Positions 1-13,400 of a stretch of DNA of 64,000 bases are shown piece by piece; position 1 is the first letter of the stretch; each line of letters opens with the position of its first letter. The notes under the pieces were generated by a model, which did no database searches, had not been told where the DNA came from, and was given only the letters and a program-made list of their open reading frames with translations. This stretch comes from Camelus ferus. Lineage: Eukaryota. The position numbers and the translations under genes are program-made. The stretch is from assembly GCF_009834535.1 (NCBI RefSeq), contig NC_045696.1:32924001-32988000 (forward strand), in the 5' to 3' direction.

Positions 1-3000
1 TCTTTGGCGTCCATCTCATGGCTTCAAAATTTAATCACACGTTGACTCTCTGGAAACACACAAGTGGTTGTCTTGGAAATGAGACTGAATATATTTGGTT
101 TTGTTTTTGAAACAACAAGCTGACTCTCGGTAATCTCCACTGCTGTTACTTAGACTGGGCATCTGTGGTGTGTTGGGCACTCAGTCATTTTCAATTAAAT
201 GTTCTTGTGTCTTGTGAAAGTCCCACGAGAGCTTGCAGAACCATAATTATAGATCCATAGAGGAAATGTACTTCTTGAAGCAATTTTCTGGCAACAAAAA
301 CCAATTATTTTGAGGGATTAGGTAAATGTTCAGTGGGAAACTCTAACACTAAATTTTCTCAATATGTTTAAGACACCACTGTGAAATGATGCTGTCATAT
401 ACTTGACTAGATTTTTAAGATGTGCACTTTTGGGCTCATGGTTTAAAAATTTATCTTTTTTTTATATATTAATTATGAGATTACATCTAAGTATTTTACT
501 CCTTATTTGAAGATCTGTAAACATTGCATTTGTGTTTATGTAAAAACAGTCATCAAAGTGGGAATTAAGGAAAAGTATAGAAACAAAAATCACACTTAAC
601 TTTAAAAAAAGCTGAAATACTGTGCCTCATCCTTAATTTAAAAAAGTGTTAACCCATTGCTCAGCAAGTGCCATTCAATTAGGTGTTTTTTTCTCTTTGC
701 ATTTTTTTTTCCATGCAGTGTCATAATGTTAGAGCTAATATCTTTCTGGTGATCACCAGTCAACTTACTGAGATGTACATTGTTCTGTGCTGGTATATTT
801 TGACTATCACTTTTGCATAATATATGAAGAAAACAAAATGTGGAAAACAAAATTAATTAAAAATTACTGTAGATATTTAGTATTATTTCAGTTAATGGTG
901 ATACCAAGAAAATTCCTAAGTGGAAAGCCATTTATTCATATTCTAAAGAAATTTTCTTGCATTATATGTGTTTTTACAATGCTTGGTGTGTATTGTTTCA
1001 CTTTTCCAAATATAACCTCAATCATACAGTCACCCCTAAACTTTGAAGTCTGAAAAAAATTTGAACAGCAATGAACGAAGTTGTAGAAAATATGAACATT
1101 TACAGATGTCTTCAATTAGAATAGGGGGAATCTGTTAGTGATGGATGATGGTTTTAAAGCCCAGCCCTCAAATTCAGAATACCAAAAATATCTGGGAAGC
1201 TTAAAGGAAAGGAGAAAGAAAAGAGATAGACAAAATTTTTAAAGCAGGAGAAAAGAGCAGTAAATTTGAAAATTGTTGGTTTTATTAACATCAATTATGG
1301 TGAACCTGGGTTTTGGGGACATTCAGGTAAAGAACATGCTAAGTCCTGGTCACTTCAGTTCCTCTAAAACCATCACTGACTGCCCAGTAATGTATGTTCA
1401 AACTAGAGATCTTGGCTCCAAAAAAGCAGTTGAATGACTTGAAGTATGTTCTGGTTAATACTATAGAAAAATTTGATCCTTTGAGAAGGATTTCATCCAA
1501 ATGATTAAAATCCTTGCAAACGTTTTAATCTTAAATTTCATTTATCTTCAGCATTTACTCACATGGAGCATTTAATTCCCCAGCTACCAGATAAATGATG
1601 TGCACTTACTTTTACTTTTCCAAGACCATTGGTTTTAATATTAGAAAAGAAACAAGTCATGGAGCAGAAGCGATTCTATAATGGTGACGCAGTGTTTAAC
1701 CTAAGTATGAGACCTTATAAGGTTAATTAGCACAATTTTATAGTAGTGAAAGTAATGGATTGTAGAGTAACTTTTATATGGAAAATAGAACCCCATCATT
1801 GCAACGTGCCCTTGAACTGAATGGTTTTCAGGGATTAGGATGCTTGTAGATATATTTTATATGGTATCAAATTGTCCTTATAATGTATACAGATTGATAA
1901 AGTAGCAGATTCTGGGAAACTCAAACTCAAGTTCTTGATTTAAAAAACATGAGATGTTCCAAAATCTAGCTTAGTCAAAGGCAATTTCAAGGAGTTATTA
2001 AGTTTCAAATAAATTGAAAATAATATTTTCTTAAGAATTTTTTTAAACTATCATAGAGTCTTTAAGCTTAATGTACATTACACAGAGGGACTTACTATTG
2101 CTTGGATGAGGGAATGAATGTTTACTCAAGATTTCTTGATCTTTTAACCAGGAATTATTATTCTGTGTTCAAAGAAAAAAATGTTAACTATAGATAAGGC
2201 ATGGGTAATTGTTTTGCTTTAGCACAGTCCTTGAGAGATTAGCTTAAGCATTTGTCACAGTCTTGAATATTTTTCCTTCAGTGCTAAAATCTGTCACTCC
2301 TTCAGGATCATAGCAATCTTATCTTTTCTGGGGATAATCTTTTATTTTTTGCACCACAAATTGGCTGGAATTATACAGTGTGTGGTATGAATGCTTTGTT
2401 TCTCAGAAGTGTTAAAATAATCATCAGTGAACGGTACCTTATCGCTAAAAAGTGGTCCAGGATTTCACAGCACTCTCAAAAATGCCATTATTTTCAAGTC
2501 GTCTAAAGAGCACTTACCTCTTGCATATAGGTTATTTTCTATTCTTTTCTACAAGCTTCTAAACTTGTAGGCAAGAAGAACCTTAAGAAATCAGAATCAA
2601 GTAGCCTATGCTCAGATTAATCAGAATAGAAGAAATCCATTTCTTGTTTTCTACTGAGGTTTTAAATCTAATGATGACGTTAACATTGATGTTATTGTCC
2701 CGTCTAAATCTCATTCTTAATGTAAAGAGACTCCTCCTACTTGACACTATACTAGTGTAATAGTTCATTTCAGGAATTTACATGAGTAGATAAATTTAGA
2801 GTCAGACCTTCCACTTGCAATTCAATAAGTAGGCTTGAATTTTCCACTTCAAAGTGACTTTATTACTGCATTGAACACCTTTGACCCTGTCAGAAATACT
2901 GATGGTGATATTTAAGTGGGGGCTTTCATTGTTGAGCTTTTCAACAGAAATCTCTGGGATTCTCAAACTGCAAATAGAAAAAAAATTCATTGCTTTTCAT

Positions 3001-3689
3001 AACAAGAATTGTACAGCTATGGGAATTATCTATTCTGAGTAAAGACTAACCCTTAAGAATTATGAAGATATAGCAAGATTGAAGAATACACCCAGAAACC
3101 ACTAACACCAGAACAGAGGGGAAACCAATGAGAAAAAAAATTGAAGAACCGTTTTACTCTTTCTGTCACACACACACACAGATAAACAAAGAGATGCTTA
3201 TTAAATGAGTCAATAAAAATAATTTCAACAGGTTAGAAACACAATGGAAAATTACACATTTAAAAGAGAAGTAAAGAATTTTCTTCTTCTCTTTCTCTCT
3301 CTCTTTTTTTTAATCTCTTCATTTACTGTGTTTTTCCAGCCCTAAAATTTGAAATATTAGGGCAGAGCTCCATTAACAAATGATGATACCAGCTGTACCA
3401 AAGTACAGATTTTGCAAAAATAATTATTTTAAATATTACATTGAAGAACTATGGAAGGCAGAAATGAGTTGATCTAATCCTATATTCTAAACATTTATGG
3501 TAATATGTGAGATATATTTCCACATATCAGAAAAACAAAAACTTTTTTTTAAGTCATGAAATACTCGAAGACACGGTCATGAAGTGTATTTTACTTTAAA
3601 ATTGCCTTTCATTGTCTTCATGTGCGTTCTTAATGATGACTTCAAGAAGTTTTTAAAAAAATCAACCATTTACTCTCTGATTTTTTTCA

Positions 3690-4110
3690 GTTTAGATGTT
3701 CTGATAGAAAGACAGAGAAGATGGAGAAGTTGGTTTCATCAGGGCTGGGAATTAACCATTTAAGCACAATGGATGGGAAAAGAAAAACATATTGATTGCA
3801 CAGTAATACTGATTAAAGAGAGATGTAAAGTTAGGAGAGGGTTGAAGAAGAAAGGTAAATTATGGGTTCAGTAGTTATGATTGGAGGTTTTGATGATGAG
3901 CTGAATAGTGAACTGAAAAGATTGGAGGTTATGGTTGAAAAAATAGAAATATTTAAGGTAGTGAAGCAATGATAATGACAAAGTGTAGTGTGTGATCGTG
4001 GCTGAGTAGGACTAACAAAATGATTATTGGATGTGAGAGGTTCAGAGAACTGGGAGGTCAAGGTATTGGATGGATTATATATGTAAATGTGTAAGTCAGT
4101 GAATGTTTAA
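3690..4110 (-). mobile_element. Degenerate LINE-2 fragment
   Basis: Purine-rich sequence resembling antisense L2 (e.g. gagaactgggaggtcaaggtattggatggatt). Boundaries approximate. Confidence 0.55.
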
Positions 4111-4149
4111 AGAGATTCTTTCTTTTCTGATAATGTTAATTTCTTTTGA

Positions 4150-5290
4150 CTTCTCTAAGATGTATTGAACTACATCGTCTTTCTATCCTCATCACCTAAG
4201 AAAGAGTATTCCATGATGTTTGGTAATTTGCTCTTTTGTTTTTTCTCTTATTTTTGGACCTTTGCTTGGCTCCAATCTCTCTGTAAAAAGAATTCCAGTC
4301 CTGCCTTCTGCTCTGATTTCTCATTTCCTTATTGTTGGCTGGAGATGTATTTCTTGATTTTCTTCTGGCACTTGAATTTGGTATTCCTCAAACTGAAATT
4401 ATTAACTTTTCCTTTCCTCTGTTTCTCAGCTTGTTTCCAACCTGGTTTATGTTGTGTTTTTCATTTGGTTGATTGGTTGATTGGTCTTGCATTATTATTT
4501 TTTTCCTATTTAGGACTAAGAATGTTCTTATGAAACAGACTAGACGCCATAAAGAGGGTTCCTCTTCTCTTTTCATTAGCACCATACATTTTCTGGCTCC
4601 AAAAAGTTTTGTCTCCTTTCCCAAGAGCTTTTCAAGTATCTTCTGTTATTCTATGCTTTCCTTTATTATCACTCCAACTTCATGTAAAACTTTTTCTCTC
4701 TTCAGATCTCTCTATATATGGTCTCTTCATTGAATTTTTGTTTTTCAGATAAGTCCAATTGGTGTTCTTAAGGGAAACTCTGATAAGGTATATTTACTCC
4801 TCAAAAGCCTTAGCAAAATATTTTCATTATTCACAAAAGTCTGAAATTATTCACCTGATACTCAAGGCCAGGGTTGAGTGCATTGCTAAAAAATGTTCAG
4901 GTTTAAATGTACAGGTTTGTGTTTTATCCCCAGACATCTCTGTTCCAAATTTTTTTCATTTATTTGCTTTTGTTCATTCTCCTCTTTGTGACCAAGATGT
5001 TTACTACCACATTCATTCTGTATTCCCTATTAATGGTATCATCAGTCTTTAGGCCTAATACTAAAATAGTACTTTTTCATGTTCACCTTTTTGTCCCATA
5101 AATATTGTCTTGGACTGAGATTCTTATGAACATTTTGGTTGTGTTCCTTAATATCAACTTACATCTTGACTTTTGATTTTATTACTCTCAACTGAGTTAT
5201 CATATCAAGTGCTTTTAACTTTGCCCTTTATTAGCTTGTTATCTTAGCACTAACAATATTACCTATTAACTCTATACTCTTCCCTGGCAT
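4150..5290 (-). mobile_element. Possible very old L1/HAL1-type fragment
   Basis: Sustained T-rich strand asymmetry and weak resemblance to antisense L1 5'/ORF1 sequence. No diagnostic motif. Confidence 0.3.
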
Positions 5291-5876
5291 TCACCATATT
5301 TGAATTCATCTATTCAACAGTATGGCCTCTGAAAGGCAGGATTCCTAACCAAGGTTGACTCTTGAGTTGGCATCTTCCATTTCTGCCCCTCAAAATCCTG
5401 CCATAATTAAAGACATGAATCAAGAGTTATATCTTCCGTAAGGTTTCAGGCGGTTTCAGACAAAGCTGTGCCACATTGGTGACACCAGGTACAAAGGTAT
5501 AATTCCAGGTATCTCTGTGCAAGGCTGCTCCAATAACCCAAAGGCAGACCTCCAGAGACCAGCAGGTATGAGCCATTTAGGCACAGAATCTGGGGCACAG
5601 GACCTGCCATATATCAGTGACTGCTGTAATGACTTAGAAAATCAGTTCCTTAATACATGTGTGCTTAGTTAAGGAGAATAGTATTAAATTATATTTGCTA
5701 TACCTTCAAGTCTTCTGAGTGAGTACATTATGGTTTTTTGGGTACCTTATAGATGTTACTACATGGTTATCCACAAAATGGGTGTCAGATATTTATAAGT
5801 TGCTTGATTTACTTAATTCACAGAATATGTAATGTTTCGTATATTTTTTGTCTGTACATATGTTTAAATCCAATAG

Positions 5877-6055
5877 GCCAGAACCTGTTTTGTGGACGAA
5901 GGATGGTGGAGAATTACCGGATCCTGACCGAATGGTTGTGAGCGGTAGGGAGCTAAACATTCTTTTCCTCAACAAAACGGATAATGGTACATATCGATGT
6001 GAAGCCACAAACACCATTGGCCAAAGCAGCGCAGAGTACGTTCTCATTGTACATG
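5877..6055 (+). CDS. CADM2: CADM2 internal exon (179 nt), C-terminal half of the third Ig-like domain: PEPVLWTKDGGELPDPDRMVVSGRELNILFLNKTDNGTYRCEATNTIGQSSAEYVLIVH
   Basis: Acceptor ...ccaatAG at 5875-5876 and donor CATG|GTGAGT at 6056. Ig hallmarks: core Trp (LWTK) and D-x-G-x-Y-x-C (DNGTYRC), plus sequons NKT and NGT. I recognise the peptide as CADM2. It lies inside ORF-track entry 5848..6138. Confidence 0.97.
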
Positions 6056-9000
6056 GTGAGTACTTTTTTTACATTATTATAGGTGGAAGAATAAATGACC
6101 TGAAAAACTGCCTAAATTTATCACAATCTTTAGAATAATAAACAGATTTAAGCAGGTTTTCTCTTTCTTTCAGAACCACTTCTCATAAGTGTAAATATCT
6201 CCAAGATTCACAGTTAATATGTTCTATCAAACTAATAAAATAAGATACAGCTAGAAATAAGAATTATTTTTGTGAAATATTTTCATTATAAATATAATAC
6301 ATAATATTTGGTGAATAGTAAATCATATTAATGGTTTTCTTTACATTTTACAAATAAAGCCTAGTTATAAATCAGAATCATGAAAATTGTATTTCCCTTA
6401 TGTTAATTTTTGGTAGTATTATAAACATACATCTTATAATCACTATTACTAGTTTCACAAAGAGTGATAGCATGTCATTGAGATTAGCAAGACAGGTATA
6501 CATGATTAATGATAACTGCATTCAGTTCTTACGAACAATAATTTGAAAAGCCCAAAAGACATTTTTCCTCCTCTACACTAATCTCACAATTTGAGTAAAT
6601 ATAACAAAATGACAAAAAGAGATACCAGTACCCAAGATTAAGAGAAACTCTGTTTTTCCCAGCCTCCAAAAGCCATGACAGGTTGTTCACGAGGTAGCTT
6701 TAACGTACTGTTAGATTTTGCTGAGCATTTATAAGCTTGGTAAATATCACAATAAACAAAACTAGTCAGATTTCTTTACTGCAGGACTTCTCAGAGTTTA
6801 TTTACATGATACAATGTGAATCTCCAAGAGAAAAATTCATTAGAGATTGTAAAATTTTTCTTATGTGTTTCACCACCAAGAAATCCTTTTCTAAGACTAA
6901 TGTGTTCTCCACAATATTACAGCATTTGAATGAATATTGTGTGAAAATTATGCAATGCTGTAATAAATCCAGTGGATCTTAGAAATTATGAAGTATATTT
7001 ATTTGACATCTCTCCCTTGAATCTTAGTATAAAATACTATAAGAAACTTAGGTTAATTCTATGCCTTTCCAAAAAGGAATTTTGGGGATAAGAGATTTAA
7101 TTTTAGGGAAAAAATAATCCTGTTTGTGTTTTTTTCAAGGTATTTGTTTTGTTATGATACAGTCCAAAATTGGAGAAATAATAATATAGATTAACATATA
7201 ATATTAAATAAAATACAAACTTCTTATTTTCAAACTGCTTTAGTGTATACCATCTCTCAGCTCTTAACCCTCGGTCACTGAAGGCAAATGAACGCTTGCA
7301 GTGAATATTACTGTCTACATATGAGCATCTTGAAGATAGTAGGCTGAGAAAGTCGTTTCTAACATCTTATGAATTGTGCAAATTCCAACTTTTGGGAAAG
7401 ATCAGCCTAAATCAAATTAGACTGATAAATTGGAATTGAATGCAGTAACCCCCCGTAGACACACTCTGCCAGGCTCCCTGCTAGAGGGAATATAACAACC
7501 ACTGAGTGTGTCAAGAAGATAAGTTAGATCCTTAGAGCAGGATCTAGGAGTAGCTTTAGTTCATGCTGACCTGGATGTTTAGATCCTACAGTCACATAAG
7601 TGAAGTCTGATTCACACTCAGCTTTCTAAGTGCGTCTCCCATTTTGGGGGAACCTGAGGGCACATTGTATTAGCATGTCAGTTTGTGTCGAAAGCAATAT
7701 GACATAAAAATACAGAGAATTAGAAGGGAAGTGACAGAAAAAATAATATACTTAGATGAAAAGTATGTCATTCTTTTTTTTTTTTTTAAGTAATTCAAGT
7801 GGGGAAAATTAATATGTTCTCCCAGTGTTTGCAAGCTAGCCAACGGCATGGTTTCCTAAATAGCCAAGCTACCTTTAGGTCATTGGCAGTTGACATATTT
7901 CTAATAAATACTTCTCTAAGCACTTTGTAAGAAGTCATTTTTGGCTTTACTTTTTGAACTACAATTCATCAAAAGCACCCCATAGATTAATGCTATTCCT
8001 GCTGCTAGATAAATGCTGTGAAGTTCAATAGTGGTTTACCTAGGATTATTGACACAAGTAATGAGAGGCTCGATGAAACAGTGAAACAATATTACACTGT
8101 GTTTAAAAAGGGCTCCAGTTGGGTTCATTACAAAATAAAGGGTCCCCCCAACCTTTACACACAGGGTATAATGTTTCATTAGTCACTGGCTGTATAAACA
8201 TAAAAAGGTCCTCTTCTGTTAATGGTTTGGCTGTTTCAAAACCTGACTAAATGATGAAATTTGAGTGGCATTCCTATCTATAATGAATGCTGTATGCATT
8301 TCAGAATGGAGTGATAAGTGATCATTTGTGAGAACTTTACCCTTTTATCTTGTACACCAAGTTTGATTTTACATTAGCTGTGATAATTTAATGAAGCTCC
8401 AGCACAGAAGGGCCTTTCATGAGCTGAGACCGTGTCTTTGACTCCACCACAGTTACCTAGGTCCTATTGATTCTTAACTTGATGGAGGTCTGAGCACTTT
8501 GCTGTGAAATCATCTGTTATCTAGATGGCATCCTAATGGTTAGATTTTATTCTTTGGGTGTCAATGAAAGTGCATTATTTAAATGTTATCACATTTAATT
8601 GTTAACAGCACTGACATTTTGTGTTATGGACACTGGAGGGTTTTTTCCCCCCTCCTAATTACACCTTTGCAAATTTCAGCCTTAGAACTACAGACGGTAA
8701 TTTGAAACTGCTAGTCTGAAACTCACCCTCAATGAAAGGCCTAACGAAACTCAGCATACAACTGCCTCTAAGATAAAGCATTATACTTTTGAAATATTTG
8801 CACTGTGGAGAGTCTATTAGGAAAGAAGCTCATTTTTCATTAACAAGTTCAGCAATGGAAAAATTAATCTGCTAAATTGGTAGCCATAGTTATGCTATGA
8901 ATTCCTGTCAGCACAGTAGCTTTGAGTTTTTTTGTTTCTGTATAAAAATATTGAAGTTATTTGCATGCTGTTATTGGTATTTGCTATTTATTTATTTATT

Positions 9001-12000
9001 TAGAATGCTAATTACTTCCATATTAGTGGTTTTGAAATATGCTATTCCATTGCTGCTTTTACTTTTTGGAGAACTCAGGTCAAGAGAAATATTCATTCAC
9101 CAAATAAATATTTAGCACTTATTCATGGAGTGCAAAGGCACTGTAGGAGCAAAGATGATTAGCACTCAAGAAGTTTAAACATGGAAGATAAGCATTTGAG
9201 TAATTGTAATATAAAAATAGAATAGTTATGAGAAGATGGATATACAATGATGTAGATGTTCAGATTTTGTGACAACATGGTCCAAGTGTCTGGAATTAAA
9301 AAAAGTTAAAATAAACCAGTACTGCTAGATTATTCATAAACAAATGGCATACATTATAAATGGAAGCACCCACCAGTGCCAGGTACACAGACATGCAATA
9401 AGTCAGAGTATCATTATTATAATATTACTAGTAGTCTTACGATATCTAAGGCAGTCTCAGTCCAGTGCTCTGGTATAATATTTAGCTAAGAGTTGCATAC
9501 AATTTACTACCCATAGTCTTTCCTGAATGGTACCCAGATCGTAAATTAGGTTATTCCTATTGAAGAATGAGAAAATTCTAAATTCTTGTTAATTAAGCAT
9601 TAGAGAAACTCTTAAAAATTCAACAGTGTAGCAAATTAGCAATACAGAGAGAACATAGTAAAAGTTATAATCACTCTTGTTTCTCTGATGAAACATCTAG
9701 TTCAGAGAGTTTGGGTAAAATACCTTCTCCCCAAAGAAAGACTACCCATATTTGCATCTTTTAGTATAGAGATCATAGAAGATACCTATTTATCACACAA
9801 GAAATTGCTTCAGAGAATTACAGATGACTTGAGACTAATCTTATTTTGTGGTTTGAAATAATTCAAGATTTTATGTTTATGTGTCATCCATGGATTAAAA
9901 AATACTATTTTGAAAGCATCAGAAGCATATAGTATGTGGGAAATTTTGAAAGAATATCTATAAAGAGGGAAAAACCAAATTATTACATCCCCTCAACTCC
10001 TAAACTTCTTCCTCAACTATCCCGATGGCTTTTACCTCCCTTTATACTCATGCTGGAGAAATTCACAGCCTCGCCTCAATATACAGATGGAAGATGGACA
10101 GAGATGCTGGAACTCTTTAGTATCATCTCAAGTCTCAAAATCCCCCCCCCCACCAGGATTCAGGAAGAAATACAGTAATACAAGTAAAAAATAATAATAA
10201 TAACATTTTTTCTTCTACACTAACAGCAGGTCCAGATCATAAGAAAACCCACTGCACTTAGCACCCACCTCAGGCTTGTCTCAGACAGTCATGGCAGAGT
10301 TCAGATGCACTATTCCAGAAAGTTTTTCAAGATACTCCTCCATCACTCTTCAAATTTACTTTTCCTATTAACATAGTAACCCTTCCATGAAATTTGTAAC
10401 TGTTTCGCCACTACTTTTATTCCATTACTTCATAGTTTTTCAACTTATGTAAATAAGATTTTACAACAATTCATTACTTCATTATTTTAAATCTTGCTCT
10501 TCTTATTTTGAATAAAATTATCTACTGTGCACTTTTTCCACATTTTCACTTTATGTGTACATATTCTGCTTTCCTAGCAAAGTTCATCATTATAGCCATA
10601 CAAAAACAAGTAAAATTCTCTATAAGTAGTATTATTATCATAGTAGAAAGTGAAATAGGATAAAAAACATGTTCATGCAATGCCAGTCAGTTTACTGACA
10701 GTTGCTGACTTTGTATCCCTGAAATACCACTTGACAGCCATGGTTGGCTTGATTTGTTCATGTATCCATTGAAATGAATACTGATGAAAAATGTGATGTT
10801 GCTTTTTATTTGTTTGTTACTAGGATAATTTACCTCAGAAATAACACATATATAGAATAGGATCCATGCCATTTTATTGTTAGCTAGTAAAGAACAATTA
10901 TAAAAAGGGTGTTTCAGATTTTTAATTTTTATAGTAAGAGAGACTCCAGTTTAGTGAAAGGTATCAAGTTATTAAATATGCCTTTCCAGCTTAAAAAAAA
11001 TCGATACAACTGCTACTTTCATTTCACTCTGCTTTTATTGTTGATAATAAATGTCAAAAATAAACAGAGACAGAAAGTTGTACAGCAGGATGTTACAGAC
11101 TGCTGCATCAAACCAACCTTCCGAGTTCTGTGGTGCATTCATTTAGACATCTGTCTCTTTCAGACACTATAGGTAAAGGCAGATTCACTTTCCATCCCAG
11201 ATACTGATTCCCTCTTTCAGTTGATTTGCTTACCATGGGAGAGAAGCAAACTGAGTCATAGAAGGTAGCCTTTCTTTCACTTTAACAAACATTTCTAAAC
11301 CATCTCATTTCTTTCAAATATTTAACTAATGTGCAAGATACAAATTCAGTTGCTTTATGGTTATTAGTACGGACCCTAAAGTTAACAAAATAATCAATAT
11401 AAATACAGGTGAATGCCATAATAGTTATGAAGCAGGTGAGGAATATCATAAAATAATATCCTAAATTGGTTTTTAAATTTGTCTTACTCTGGAACTAAGC
11501 AAATATGATTATGATACATACTATCCTAGTCTCAGAGTATCTAGTTTACATACTCATCTTATGGTTATCAGTGATTTGAAAGCTAATGAGAACTCTCATC
11601 AATTAAAATGAAAAATGTACTTCTGTGCTTCATAGTAAATGTGTAGCTAGACTAAAAGGTTGGCAATCACACCTACATTTACTATTACAATTACCCAGCA
11701 ATGAAACATTTAGAAATATTGAGAGTCTACATGAATTTCTTTTTTTGCTTAGTTGTACTGTTAGGAAAGGTGATACAGTCAGGATGGAGGTAAGAGAGTG
11801 AATCTTGGAGCTCAGATAAGTGGTGGGAGGTGGGAAAGAGAAACCTGGATTACGGACAGATGTACAGCCTAGCAAACATTAAAAAGAGATTCAGCTAAAA
11901 TCTGTTTCCTCACATAGAAACAGACCTACCAGTTGGTAAATTAATTCTGTATGCTCATAATGAGCATTTTTCCTTTGGAGATGCTCTCTTTAGAAGCAGA

Positions 12001-12879
12001 GATGGAAAAATATACGGTGTAGGAAGAAAAGGACAGAAAAAATATCCATATGGAACAACAAACATCACACTAAGGGAAGAGCCCTGTGGTTGCTGCTCTC
12101 ATCTCTGGTTGAGAGTTTCCAGACAGTACACTAGTTGGATGAGTCTTAAAACAGTACTTTCTTTAATCGCAGAGATAAAATAGAGCATTTCTGGACATGA
12201 ATAAGCAGGGAGAGCTGTGATGCCTGCAGGAAAGGCGTACCTCTGACTGGATGAATATGCTGTTGCACTCTGCAGAGGGAAGTGGGATGGGATCAAATAG
12301 TGAAGACAGGAGCACTGCTTTCGTTACAAAATATTTTGAAAGGGGATGTGTGCAGACATACTCAACATGGAGTTGACACTTCATTTCATTTCTCTAAGAC
12401 GAGCATAAAGTGGATACAGTTTCAACTTTCAGGGCAAAAATTCAGATACCACTCAGAAATAAATGTTTCTATCCTACCTAGATGGACCACTAACTGAAAT
12501 GTCCATGAGGAAAACCCTCATTCCTGCCCGAAGGGCAGAAAGACTCTATCATCCAGCAAGTCCAACATTTAAAACATTTTTTCTTGCACTATTTATATAT
12601 GATCTTTTCTATCAATTACAGAAAGATAAATGAAACATGAGGATTATACGCATGGCACTTAGATTTTCTGAATTTTTTTATGTGCTAAAAAGGTTAGATT
12701 ATGATTTTACAAAATGCACAAAGCTCTTCTACCCAAGTATATATGCATTCATTCATTAGAGAATTAAAGCAATATTCAGTGGTCCATGGGGGAAATATTG
12801 GCATTCCTTTTTAGAAACAAAGGCATGCTTAACCAGATTTTATATAAAACCTGCTCTGTAGCTTCTTACAATGTAGTTT

Positions 12880-13400
12880 TTACACACATTGTAGCAACAT
12901 CACATGCTTATTCTGGAGTCTGGGAAATATCCTTGATTCTGCTCTGCCCTTCTCTCTCCAATTCATCAGTAAGTTCTGCCAACACTATTTCCAAACCATT
13001 TTCCCAGAATGACTGCTTCTTTCCACCATCTTCTCTAGCCTAGACTATTGAAACATTGTCCAGTGGCTTCCCTGCTTCCACTTCTCCACACAGTTGCAAT
13101 ATATAAATATTTTTAATACATATTACTTCATATCTTCCCCAATTTAAATTTATCCAAAGGCATTTCATCACACTTACTATAAAACCCAAATCCTTATTAC
13201 CCTAGCTTACCAAACCCAGCATATATAAAACTTCTTTGAGGCATGGCCTGAAAATTCACATCCCAATGCTATACTATCTAATAGTTTACCATTTCAGGAA
13301 ATCTTTCTTGAGTAGCTACTATATATAAAGTGGTAGGCCATGCACTGTAGTTCCTATAATAAATAAATAAATACTCTCAACTGTGCCTGGGCTTTTTAGT
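12880..13400 (+). mobile_element. Degenerate LINE-2 fragment
   Basis: L2-like words: ccaccatcttctctagcctagactattg, ttccctgcttccact, ataaaacccaaatcctt. Confidence 0.6.

Noticed and set aside
5300..5630. GC-richer blocks at 5300-5630 and 44060-44600 as exons or RNA genes
   Set aside because: No splice-bounded ORF or RNA fold seen; more likely old LTR remnants, but I could not assign a family.
7476..7492. CTCF-like CTGCTAGAGGGAA; other weak matches at about 8519 and 55445
   Set aside because: Mismatches at core positions; unsupported without ChIP or conservation data.
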